Origin: Malacoraja senta
Lineage: Eukaryota
DNA length: 64,000 nucleotides
NCBI GenBank assembly: GCA_038087875.1
Contig: CM075999.1
Span: forward strand, 1,490,001-1,554,000
Direction of reading: 5' to 3'
Shown here in pieces: positions 52,401 to 64,000 of the stretch. The notes under the pieces are model-generated. The model was not told the origin of the DNA and ran no database searches. It was given only the letters and a program-made list of their open reading frames with translations. Position 1 is the first letter of the stretch; each line of letters opens with the position of its first letter. The translations under genes and the position numbers were made by a program.

Positions 52401-55400
52401 GTTTTCACTCTCAAGATGCGTCCCGCTCCGTAACATGGAGATGCTGCCTGACCCAGTTTTCTTTGGTGGGTTGACCAGTGGAGAGGGTTAATTGGCAGTA
52501 TGATTGATCACCCATTCACCGCCCCATTCTATCTTATCCCACTTTCTCATCCACTCCCCACATACTAGGGGGCAATATTTAGAGGCCAATTAACTTACAA
52601 ACCCGCACATCTTTGGGATGTGGGGGGGGAAACTGGAACACATGGAGGAAACCCATGCGGCCTCAGGGGGAACATGCAAACTCCAGACAGACAGCACCCG
52701 ATGTCGGGTCTCTGTCACTATTAAGCAGCAGGTCTACCAGCTGTGCCACTGGGCCAAAATTCTTCTTCACCGCCCTGTATATCTGAGTTACCACTTTTAG
52801 CGAACTGTGTACTTATACTCTTGGCCCTCTGTTCTACAATACTCTCCAGGGCCCTGCCATGCAATGCTCTCATCTTGTTTGTCAGTCAATACAAGCACAA
52901 TCAAATAATATGATAAGGACTTTACCCCCACATAATCTCCACCCAAATCTCTTATGATTTCCTTCATCATCTTCCTGTGGTAACATCTTGAAGACTGGCT
53001 AATACATTTTTCTCACCACAAATGTTATATATAACTATTGCACTGATGGAGTTTTTATACTAAAACCGAACAGCAGGGAACCTTTGATCTTCTGTCCAAC
53101 CAATTTCAAACAACATAAGATGTCAGGGTATTGACTTGATGTCAAACTGCCGCAGGAACCCAAGACCTTGGACTACTGTTTACATGAAGCTGCCAAGCAG
53201 GAGACAGCCCTGGTTTCAGTGAAAACTTGGCAATGTAATCCAGTGGCAAAGGACCATGTCAACACTAAATCTCGTTCTTGCTGTTCAATTCATGTTATTC
53301 TCCTTGACCACCTCAATTAAATCTAGCTGTTTGAAGTTTTTAATTTCATGTCCCTTTGAGGACAGTGCTCAGGAACGCGTGCAATGGTTTCTTCTGAGGT
53401 GGGAAGATCTCCTTCATTGCCTGTACTCCATTCCAGGATTTGGAAATGGTCCTCAGCATTTATTATCAATCTGGATGACTGAGTCATCAATCAAAAGCAA
53501 TTAAAATAAAAATGCGCCCTTTTTAATACTGCACGAAAACAGTTAACTCCAACTGAGTGAAATCAATTGAACTGTGTCAAATCAACTCGCACTGTGTCTC
53601 TGTGTCCATTATGTTCTCTAATCCCTCCAGTGTCTACGAGTCACAGAAACTTTTAACAGCACAAACATGCACTCAGCAGTCCCTCTCAAGGCCTGCCCTA
53701 TGGTCCATGACGTATTGCAAACAAGCAGGAAGCTAACATTTGTCCTCCATGCAGCAGAAAGAACGCATGTCAAGAACTTCTAAATAGGCTCTTGGGAATC
53801 TCAATAGGTCCTTATAGAACATAGAGCAGTACTGTACTTCCTGTTGAGATGCTACCTGTCCCGTTGAGTTGCTCTAGCTTTTGTGTATAGAGCTTTTTGT
53901 CTATAGAGCAGCACAGCACAGGAACAGGTCCTTCAGCCCAAAATGTCTGCCGAACATGATGCAAGACCAATTCTTCTCCTTCTCAGCATCTTGCTCAGCT
54001 TATGGTGAGAAGAGCCCTCACTTGGAAACAGGCCCATCAGCCCAACTTGCCCACACTGACCACCACGACCCATCTACACTCGTACCACCTGCCTGCGTTT
54101 GGTCAATATCCCTCTAAACCTATCCTATCCATGTACCTGCCCTTCTTCAGACCGATGTCAGGGGAGAGGGAGATACATACTGTAGATAAGGAAGTGTAAG
54201 GTGCGAAAACAGGACAAAGGGAAGTTTGAAGAAGGGTCTCCACCCCGAAACGTCACCCATTCCTTCTATCCGGAGCTGCTGCCTGTCCCACTGAGTTACT
54301 CCAGCATTTTGTGTCTATCTTCGGTTTAAACCAGCATCTGCAGTTCCTTCCTACACTATCATTTGTGAATTATATTCAGGTTCCTCCGTGGAATATCTCA
54401 ACACGGATCAGCAAAGCTGAAGAAGGGTAGTCAAGTTGAAGGTGGTGCTTTTAGATGAAGCCCATAGGTTTTGGCAATTATTAATGAGAAACCACGGGAT
54501 AAAGAACAATTGCAAAGCTAATTTTAGCTCGGAATTCAGCCGAGACCAGGTTACCTTAAGGTAATGTATTTACGTATTCTCCACCCACTCGAATGAGTTT
54601 CATGTGAACGCTGTATGGGTGGTTTTGTTGTGTTTTTCATGTTGCCAGGACATCAAGTAACTGCAAAATATTTTAGTAATGTCACAGACACACTCAGCAT
54701 TACCTGCACTTAGGGCTTTCGAGATTACTGCTGGTGTCGTTTTAATCAGTAATTCATTACATGATTGCTTCTACTTTTGTTGATGTGGAACAGTCACAGA
54801 CTGTTGCTGACATAACAACAGCCAACACACCTCTTGAATATCTTTAGAAAATCACAAAGAAGCGTTGACACAATAAAGTGCTTTATAATGTCAAAAAGTT
54901 GGAAATTACTGGCATATTCAGTCAAGTAATATTAGGATTATAAAAGCGTGTGGTATGGAAGGGAGGCCAATTACTGCATTGCTTCTATGGCAAATCCATG
55001 CAGTATCAATTATATAGAGCCATTCAGCATGGAGACAGGCCCTTCGGCCCAGCTTTCCCATGCTGACCAAAGTACCCCATCTGCACTAGTCCCACCTGCC
55101 TGCGTTTGGCCCATTTTCAAGTATTTATCCAATTTCCTTTTGAAAGTCACACCAGAATCTGCTTCCAAACACCTTTCAGGCACGAAAACATTAAAGTTGA
55201 CCAGAAATGTTAACTCCGTTTCTCTCTCCACAGATGCTGCTTGGCATGTTGAATATTCACAAGAAGATAGACACAAAATGCTGGAGTAATTCAACGGGAC
55301 AGGCAGCATCTCTGGATAGAAGGAATGGGTGATGTTTCAGGTTGAGACTCTTCTTCAGACTCAGAATCAGGGGAACTAGAGATATGGACGGGTGCAAAGA

Positions 55401-56912
55401 GCATGCAAGATGTGAAAAGGACAGATCAAAGCCGACACTGCTCAGGGGAATGTACAATAGTTCATCATTGGTTGAGGAGAATGTGAGAACGACTTACAAA
55501 CAGTAAAATTCATCAGGAGGACAGTTTTCTTCCCTGTTTTGGATATCCAGAAATGGTAGTGATTTGCTTTAGGAAATTTCCATCCAAATCATAATATCTC
55601 ACTGGGAAAGAAAGTAATTTTCTTTGTTTCTCTCTCTCTGGTTCCAATCTGTTGTCTGGTTCCTCACCCTATTGACCTAGGAAACAATTTTCAAAATCCT
55701 TATTATTATGAACAAGAAAAATATGTGAAATACATTAACAGGTTCTACAGGAGAGTAAGGCAGAATGAAACTATTCACGTGACAAATAAATAGTTAATTT
55801 GAGCGTACTATTTTTGTGCGTCATGTAATTCTGACATCCTCATTATTCATAGAATGATTGCTTTTAGTATGGGCAACCTCAGCAGAGAGTGATACGTGTG
55901 CATCCACTCCCTATACATTTAGAGGCTATCTACACTACAAACCCACACGCCTTTGGGATGTGGGAGGAAACCGGAGCACCCGGAGGAAGCCCACGCGGTC
56001 ACAGGGAGAATGTACAAAGTCCGCATAGACAGCAGCTCGACCAGCTGCGCCACCATGCCGTTGATACCTGAAGAACAATTTAACAGTGTGATGGATGTGC
56101 TACTGTGAGTTGTGGTATTCTCAGAAAAGAAAACATGGTGAATCACCTACCCATACTTCCTTTGTGACCAGAAATCTACTCAGACTCATTCTTGACTAGG
56201 AATCAATGGTTGTACAGAGTAGGAGATATACAGCAAATTAGTCAGAATCCCAGTGCTTCTGAAGTCTCCAACAGAGGGCAAGAAGGAGGGATTGAAGGTA
56301 CAGAACAAAACATATAAAATTCTGAGAGGCTATAACTATCTGGAAGGACTGAAGGGGCAGGAAATCTTTTCTCCGGAAAAGAGAAGACCAGGGAATAAAT
56401 GAATGGAAATTAAAAAAAATTATAACTATGTCAGATCTGGAAAAGATGCGTCACTTATTGAGGATAAAATAAAACAAAAATCATAAATATAACCCCAATA
56501 ATTATTGCATGTTAAAAATTATTTTTGTAGAAAGCAGTTAAAAACATTGGCTTAATAGCATAATAAGTAGTTGAGGCAGGTAACATGGATGCACTTAAGT
56601 GAAGATAGACACAAAATGCTGGAGTAACTCAGCGGGACAGGCAGCATCTCTGGAGAGAAGGAATGGGTGACGTTTCAGATCTGAAGAAGGGTCTCAAACT
56701 GAAACATCACCCATTCCTTCTCTCCAGAGATACTATCCTACACACACTAGGAACAATGTACAATTTTACCAAGCCAATTAGCCTACAAACCTTTGGAGTG
56801 TTGGAGGAAATGGGAGATCCTGGAGAAAACCACGCAGTAACAGGAAGAACGTACAAACTCCGTATAGACAGCACCCATAGTCAGGATTGAACCTGGGTCT
56901 CGGGCGCTGTAA

Positions 56913-57956
56913 GTAGGTATGTTACAAAACTTACCTTCAGTCGCGCTGTAATTCTGCCACTGGCCGTGTGCGCGATTTTGGCGCCTTTAAGGGGGGGGCG
57001 GGGTTAAAACGCGGTTTCTCCTCCCTTGTCCTGGAAATATTTTGTTGGAGTACAAAACTTGGCTGACAAAATCGTTCCTACCGGCGTTTTGTGAATTTTT
57101 TTTAAAAATTAAATCGTCAATGTCAGCGCTAGAGTCATTTTAAAAGCAGCTCCTGAAGCGTCAACGCCAATAACGGGGACGGATTTCACACAATGGACAG
57201 GTAAACGAAAGTGCTTTCTTTAAATGTATAAAAGTGCTTCTTAAGAAGCCTTTAATTCACATTTTGTCATGCGACACGGTGATTTTATTCCCCGAATTAA
57301 CGGCAGTATTTTTCATGCCAATACGGGGTTAAATTCACCGCAAATGAACGTTCCAAAAGATCGCGTTCCAGAAATTCTCACTCGCAAGATGAATTAAATG
57401 CCCATTAATTTACAGGTATTAAACATTCAATTCCTTCCATTTGGCCTGTAAATTCATGAAAATTAGATTTAAAAATTATGTTATATTGTGAATTATTGTG
57501 TGAATGTTATTTGGACACTTAGGCTATTTAAAAATGTTAATCTATTCTTAAGAAATTGATAGATGTTTAGATCTAGTAATTGAATTTTGTAATTAGCTAC
57601 AATTAGGTAACTAACTAATTATATGCTTTACTTTCATGTCTTCGAAGTAAGATTGTTTCATATTTGTTTCAGAATGCTTCAATCTATAATACCTGAAAAT
57701 TTCTTTCAGTTACCATAATTTTTAAGAAAGTTATGGGCTTTTAACTGTCCTCGATCACAGCTTTTGTGTTAAGTCAATGGAAAAGCAATAGGGAACTAGA
57801 TGCTAATTTCTGAGTATGATAATGGCCATAACTTTTTTTAATACTGAAGATATGAAAGTGAATTAAGTGTCAAATTAAACTTATTTTTATGCTTTATCTG
57901 ATGGGATAAATTGCAGACTTTATTTTTTAAATCTCAAAATTTTGTAACATTGCTAC
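56913..57956 (+). mobile_element. Non-autonomous DNA transposon (1044 bp) with TAA TSD, inserted in a SINE
   Basis: TIRs GTAGGTATGTTACAAAA / TTTTGTAACATTGCTAC. TAA at 56910-56912 and 57957-57959. Flanks rejoin to the SINE sequence GCGCTGTAAGGCAGCAA. Confidence 0.85.
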
Positions 57957-58429
57957 TAAGGCAGCAAATCCACTGCTGCGCCTGCATAGAATTGATTAAT
58001 TTTGTTCCGTGCAGTACATGTTGTGAGATACAAGAAAGACTCAGCACATGAAAAAGGTTATAAACTTGATATAAAAGATCGGCTGGAAGTAGCTATGTGA
58101 AAAAGTAAAACAAAAAATTGAATTTTTAACTGTGAATTCCCCTTCCCAGTTAAGGAAGGTTCTCTCACCAATAATAGCATGTTCCAAACTGGGCAATGTT
58201 CCAATCCAGAGGCTGTCACATGCCACAATCATTGAAGTCATATAGCCTAAAGCAGTAATATAATTAACAACCGGTATCACACGTGACTCATACATTACAG
58301 TTTCTTTCTACTTTGCATCAGTTTCAGCAATTCATCGGCTATGAGGCATTTTAGATGTTTGGATAGCTGCTGTTTCAATACAAGTCTTTCTCTTACACGT
58401 CATAATAAGCAGTATATTGAAGGACGTAT

Positions 58430-58635
58430 CTTTGACATATCCTCGGACTATCTTTGATCGGACTTTACTGGCTTTATCTTACAACAAACATTATTCAGGT
58501 TATTCCTTTTATAGTGTATCTATACGCTGTGGATGGCTCAGTTGTAATCGTATTGTCTTTCCACTGACTGGTTAGCACGAAACAACAGCTTTTCACTGTA
58601 CCTCAGTACACGTGTCAATAAACTCAAACTCCAAA
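58430..58635 (+). mobile_element. Rex1/Babar 3' tail
   Basis: Matches 1930-1980 joined to 2406-2535. Confidence 0.7.
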
Positions 58636-59104
58636 CTGCAAATTATCCAATTAGTTCCAACCTTTACAAACATGCATGATGCTCGAACAATCCTTTTGTC
58701 GGCTTTCTGACCAGAGTTTCAACATGTTTATTCAAAGGTTTTTACAATGGGATTTACATGAGTGGTAAATGCTGCCTTATATTTCAGCACGATTAATTAA
58801 GCGACAGATTTATTGAAACAAATAAGGTGAGGACATACAATAATAAACTATGTCTCTTTGTCAAGCAAGCTCTATAATAACAGCTTAATCTTTGTTTAGA
58901 TATTTATATCCCTAATCTATTTATTTTGGATATTCTCAACAGCTTACAGAGAATTTACAGCGCAGAATCAAATCATTTTGTCCAGGCCTGTATTTATGTT
59001 CCAAATTCCCCATATCTTCTAAGCACAACTCTCGAGTCACTATTAAATATAAACTGCTTGAGGAACTCAGGGGGTCAGTCAGCATCTATGGAGGGAAATG
59101 GACA

Positions 59105-59137
59105 GGTGACGTTTCGGGTCAGGACCCTTCTTCAGAT
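59105..59137 (-). ncRNA. Minimal hammerhead-ribozyme motif in a Penelope-like repeat
   Basis: Minus strand CTGAAGA-A-GGGTC-CT-GACCC-GAAAC-GTC-ACC with an intact core. Confidence 0.5.
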
Positions 59138-59534
59138 CAGACCACCCATTTCCCTCCATGGATGCTGCCTGACTCGCTGAGTTCCTCCAGCAGTATGTGT
59201 CATAATTCAAGTTCCAGCATCCGCTGTCTTTTATGTCTCTCATGAGTCCCTATTCCTTTGTTTTGAGTTTTAAGAATGTGTGGGAACTCAGCACCAGGGA
59301 AAAAAATATTTGGATAGAATTTACATTCTTACCACCCCCAGAAGCAAAATTAGAAAGTTTCAGCTGGAGTTTTATATTTAACCTTTCCTAATGATTCACC
59401 ACTCTCCGTTCATTGAAGTCAGCTGTCCTCAGTCTCAGTTCCACCCACACACACATACAAACAGGGCAGGGCTATTGGAACAACAAGTCCTTTCATTCTG
59501 ATAAAGATAATTTCATGGAGATTTAAAAAAAAAA

Positions 59535-59912
59535 CATACAAAATGCTGGAGTAACTCAGCGGGTCAGACAGCATCACTAGAGAACATGGATGGGTGACGT
59601 TTCTAGTTGGGACCCTTCTTCAGACTGACTGTAGTAAGGGGCAGAAAGATGGAAAGGAGATGGGGCAGGACAAAGCCTGGCAAGTGATCGGTGGATACAG
59701 GCGAGGTGGGGGAGGGTGGGTGTGGTTCGAATAGCAGATGGATGGAAAAAGGCCGAGATGGAAAGACAAAGGAATGAAGAGGAGTGCAATGTGAAGCAAG
59801 AGGAAGGGGTATCAGTGGAAGGAGGGGGGCATAGGAAACAGAGGGTGAAAAAATTGCAAAGTTCAATGTTCATATCATTGTGTTCTAAGCTACCCTGGCA
59901 GAACATGAGGTG
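59535..59912 (-). mobile_element. Penelope-like 3' end
   Basis: Minus-strand HLMFCQGSLEHNDMNIELCNF (degenerate end of ORF), then UTR and terminal repeat. Confidence 0.7.
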
Positions 59913-61745
59913 CTTTTTAATGCATTACTGCTAGTGTTACTGACAGCTACACCAGAACTCATCCCAGAGCTGAAACACCTGTTATGTCAGAGCAAGTTCA
60001 AACAGCTTAATTGTTGCCTACAAAGGATTGATGGCAAGCCATGAATATCATTACTAATCTGTCTCCTATGTATCCTTCGTACACCCGGAAAACCAGTTTT
60101 CTCCACTACATTCCGTAACTTACATGAAATTATAGAATGGTTACAGCACAGAAGGGGGTCACCTGGTCCAATATACCTGCACTGGTTCAAAACAGCTTTA
60201 TAAAGTTTAAACCCGCACCATTATTTATTACAGTCGGGGTGCGCACATTAATTTAAACTTGACTGCTTTCAGAGAGCCAGAATTAGTATTTATGCATTAA
60301 TATATTTATATGTATATAATAAGTGTGTGTGTGTATGGGTGTGGGTGTGGGTGTGTGTGGGTGTGTGCGCACGCCCATTCAAAATTTCCCCTTCTACTTC
60401 TGAGATTCATTACAGTTCCATACTCTCTGAACCATTGTCGTTCTGGCTTCTTCTGGGTCACTGAATCTCTTTGCTCCAGTATTGATAAGAGTCATAGAGT
60501 CATACAGCACAGTAACAACCTCTTTGGCCCAATTCATCCGTGCCAACCAAGATGCCCCATCGAAGCTAGCCCCATTTTCCCGCATTTGGTCCATATCCCT
60601 CCAAGCCGTTCCTGTCCACGTATCTGTCCAAGGATGCATGTGCTTTCCTTGGACAGAGCCCTCCGCTCTTCTTCACTTTTCTTCACTTTCATCAACTGTC
60701 CACCATTCTCCTCCTCATTAAAACCTCTCTTTCCCAAAACCAATCTTTTTCATCAAGTCTTTGGCCACAGGTACAAATCTCTCTGAATATGGCCTATTGT
60801 CAAATGATACTGAGTGCGATGATTCTTCTAGATGGTGAGTTACTAAGTTAAAAATAATCAGAGAATAAAAAACATAAAATGCTTGAAATGCTCAGCAGGG
60901 TAGATCATGTTCAAGGCAAGAGAAAGAACATTTCAGGTCAGTGACTTTGAATCAGAACATCTGAGTATTTTAAGCATTTATTATTTCATCATCTGCTGTG
61001 TTTCGTGTAAGAATTACTTTATAATTACAGCATTGTTGTAAATGCAGGAAATAAATAAACTGTTTCAATGTACATTGGCATCCAATCTTTGTCATTAGCT
61101 GGTAGTGTTGCTGTCTTCGAGCTCCAGAAACCTGGGTCTGATCCAAACTTCTTGTGCTCTCACTGGGTTTCTCCTGGATGGTCCAATGTCCTCCCACATC
61201 CACATACGTGTTGGTTGACAGATTAATTGGCTGTGGTAAATTATCCCTGTGAAAATGGGAGGTAGGAGAACCTTTACGATGGGCATCTGAGTTTAGTTTA
61301 GAGATACAGCCTAAAATAGGCCTTCGGCCCACCAAGTCCACCATGACTATCAATCACCCGTGCACTAGATCTATCCTACACACCAGGGAGGAAACCAAAG
61401 CACCTGGAGAAAACCCACGCGGTCACAGGGAGAATGTGCAAACTCAGTACAGACAGCCCCCGTAGTCCGAATCAAACCTGGGTCTCTGGCACTGAGCCCT
61501 ACCTCCCACATTCCGAAAACCTGCAGGTTATTTGACTCATGTAAATTGCCCTTGGTGTGTAAGATGTGAAAGTGGGTCCATGTAGAATTAGTGTACAGGT
61601 GATCGCTGGTCGGCGTGTTCTCGGTGTGCTGTCGGGCCTGTTTCCATGCTGTATCTCTAAACTGAACTAAACTAAAATAGGCCTCATAAGTCATCAGAGA
61701 ACATACTGCAAAATGAGATGATATTCCATGTGCATTCTTCGATAT

Positions 61746-61889
61746 CTTCTTCTTCTTCTTGCGTATGGCGTGCACAGCCTAAAGTTGTAGGACAACTTGT
61801 TCTATTTGATCTTATTTGATTGTGCACGCCAGGTTGATTGCATTAGTTAAAACAGGGCGGACCACGTGAAGGTTGCAATCTTCCACCCC
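61746..61889 (-). mobile_element. Ribozyme-headed short retroposon, copy 2
   Basis: Perfect 8-bp TSD TTCGATAT at 61738-61745 and 61891-61898, with a (GAA)n tail. Confidence 0.9.
61836..61889 (-). ncRNA. Minimal HDV/CPEB3-like ribozyme, copy 2
   Basis: Minus strand GGGGTGG-AA-GATTGCA-ACC-TTCACGT-GGT-CCGCCCT-G-TTTTAA-CTAA-TGCAATC. Confidence 0.78.
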
Positions 61890-62164
61890 ATTCGATATTA
61901 TAGAGCAGAAGACAATGGGGAAAGCAAATACTTGAATTTGGAAGGAAATGGATAAACTTCTTTTCAGGTAAAGTCCCTTTTGAAGAAGTGTCTCAACCCA
62001 AAACATCATCTGTCTATTTCCCTCCACAGACGCTGCCTGACCTGCTGAGTTCTTCCAGCACTTGATTTTGCGCCTCAAGATCCCAGCATCTGCGGGCTCT
62101 CGTGTCTCCAGAATGCTTGAACTTGTTGGCTTCATTACAACTACAACACAGAAGGAGGCCATCA

Positions 62165-62450
62165 GCGACAGAATTGCTGCCTGGAAATGCCAGAGACACC
62201 GGTTCCATCCTGACTACGAGTGCTGTCTGTACGGAGTTTGTACGTTCTCCCCGCGTGTGTTTTCGCCAGGTGCTCCGGTTCCCTCCCACACTCCATAGAC
62301 GTACAGGTTAGTAAGCTGATTGGCTTGATCAAATTGTAAATTGTCCCGAGTGTGTGTAGAATACTGCTAGTGTACGGGGATTGCTGGTTGGCGTGGACTC
62401 GGTGGGCCGAAGGGCCTGCTTCCACACTGTATCACTAAACTAAACTAAAC
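62165..62450 (+). mobile_element. HE1-like SINE
   Basis: Same body as 51886-52183, with a (TAAAC)n tail. Confidence 0.85.
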
Positions 62451-62789
62451 ACGCACGATAAAATTGGTTACAGCTAAAAATACATCACATCCTGATAGAA
62501 ATGTGAAAACCAGAAACGGACTACAAATAAAAACCTAAAATACTCCCATGTCAGATAGCTTTGCAAATGTTTCTGGTTGACAGCCTTTTTATCAGAACAG
62601 GGAAGAGTTGAGAGAAGGAAGTAATGGGAATTAGTAATTACTTGCAATAGGTCGGAAGATAGGAGTCTATGAATGATACTGCTGGTGCAAGGCAAAAGGA
62701 TGTCATGATGCGACTGTAAAAGGGAACCAAAAGTGTACGTGCTGAAGATGAGAAATAATGGAAGTAAACCAGATCTTTAGTTATTTTAT

Positions 62790-63085
62790 TTTAGAGATAC
62801 AGTGTGGAAGCAGACCCTTTGGCCCATCAAGTTCACACCGACCAGCGGTCCACTGGCATTATCCTACACACTAAAGGCAATTTACAATTTACAGAAGCCA
62901 TTTAACCTACAAACCTGTACGTCTTTGGAGTGTGGGGAGGAAAACGGGAGTACCTGGTGAAAATCCATGTGGTCACAGGGAGAACGTGCACACTCCCTAC
63001 AGACAGCACCCCATAGTCAGGATTGAACCCGGGTGTCTGGCACTGTAAGGCAACAACTCTACTGCCGCACCATTGGTGCCGCCCC
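62790..63085 (-). mobile_element. HE1-like SINE
   Basis: Reverse-complement full-length copy. Further copies lie near 29680, 50690, 52500, 55900, 56730 and 61090-61675. Confidence 0.85.
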
Positions 63086-63311
63086 TAATCCTGCAAACAG
63101 AATTGGATTGGTATAGAGAGAAAATAACAGACTCTGGTTGGAACAGAATGGAAAATTAGATGGCTTTACAAGGGACTAGTATGGTGATGAGGATTGCTTT
63201 AAATCTGCACATACTATACACATTAAACTATATCAATACATTTGGACATGCTGAATCAACATTACTGGGCAGAGAGATAGTATAAATAATCAGTATAATA
63301 CTGGGCAGAGA

Positions 63312-63447
63312 GCAGTCTGAAGAAGGGTCTCGACCCAAAACGTCACCTGTACTTTTTCTCCAGAGATGCAGCCTGACCCGCTGAGTTACTCCAGCATTTT
63401 GTGTCTATCTTTGGTATAATCCAGCATCCTGCAGTTCCTTCCTCACA
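63312..63447 (+). mobile_element. Penelope-like terminal repeat
   Basis: CAGTCTGAAGAAGGGTCTCGACCCAAAACGTCACC...GCAGTTCCTTCC. Confidence 0.75.
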
Positions 63448-63556
63448 AGGGCAGTGTAATGTTGCCCCCTTACCCCATCCTTGCTACATGTCCCTGGTGA
63501 TAAAAGCAAATTGAAATTTCAGAGGCCTTCGTTACCCAGAGAATGGTTAGGATATT

Positions 63557-63610
63557 GGGGTGGATGATTGCAACCTTCACGTGGTCCGCCCTGTTTCGAC
63601 GAATGCAATC
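63557..63610 (+). ncRNA. Minimal HDV/CPEB3-like ribozyme, copy 3 (all helices intact)
   Basis: GGGGTGG-AT-GATTGCA-ACC-TTCACGT-GGT-CCGCCCT-G-TTTCGA-CGAA-TGCAATC. Confidence 0.82.
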
Positions 63611-63691
63611 AACTCGACGTGCACAAACGGAAGATCAAATAGAACAAGTTGTCCTACAACTTTAGGCTGTGCACGCCACACGAAATAAGAA
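63557..63691 (+). mobile_element. Ribozyme-headed short retroposon, copy 3
   Basis: TSD GTTAGGATATT at 63546-63556 and 63692-63702. Inserted in a degenerate CR1-like stretch. Confidence 0.88.
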
Positions 63692-64000
63692 GTTAGGATA
63701 TTGAATTAGCCACTGGCAGAGTGGAGATAATTGGCACAGATATCCTCTCACAGAGGCTTGGTACAGTAGGTGCATGAGTGATAAAGGATTTGAAAGAATC
63801 GATTAGCAGAGTGAGATAAAGTAAGGTGGGAGGTGGTTGAGAAGGCTCTCGAGGAAAATAAGCACCAGTATAAATCGGTTGCATTGAATGGTCTCTCTCT
63901 ACGCCGTGAATTTTGTGATAGGAACCCATTTTAATAATAACAAATCCATTTTGGTGTCACAATTGCAGAATATCTAATGGAATCTCCCGCTGCGACACGT

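Noticed and set aside
54380..54560. Possible + strand mini-exons (e.g. LGIQPRPGYLK)
   Set aside because: Weak acceptors, no recognisable product and no supporting neighbouring exons.

Overview
Vertebrate genomic DNA, most likely from a cartilaginous fish (skate/ray/shark), inferred from the repeat content: HE1-like tRNA/V-SINEs, HER1/CR1-like LINE 3' ends, dense Penelope-like remnants, Rex1/Babar, Tx1, RTE and Tc1 elements. I find no intact cellular protein-coding sequence; nearly all ORFs in the track are repeat-derived or spurious. A CpG-island promoter at ~44.9-45.5 kb has paired ZNF143/THAP11-type motifs and probably starts an unidentified minus-strand gene, with candidate exons at ~27.3 and ~20.6 kb. 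A second CpG island lies at ~48.3-49.5 kb. The most striking observation is a ~140-bp non-coding retroposon present in three copies (47915+, 61889-, 63557+). Each copy has a target-site duplication and a GAA-type tail. Its first 54 nt fold as a minimal HDV/CPEB3-like self-cleaving ribozyme, and the element's 5' boundary sits at the predicted cleavage site. Separately, dozens of Penelope-like terminal repeats carry a minimal hammerhead-ribozyme motif. All calls were made by eye; no database searches or folding programs were run.
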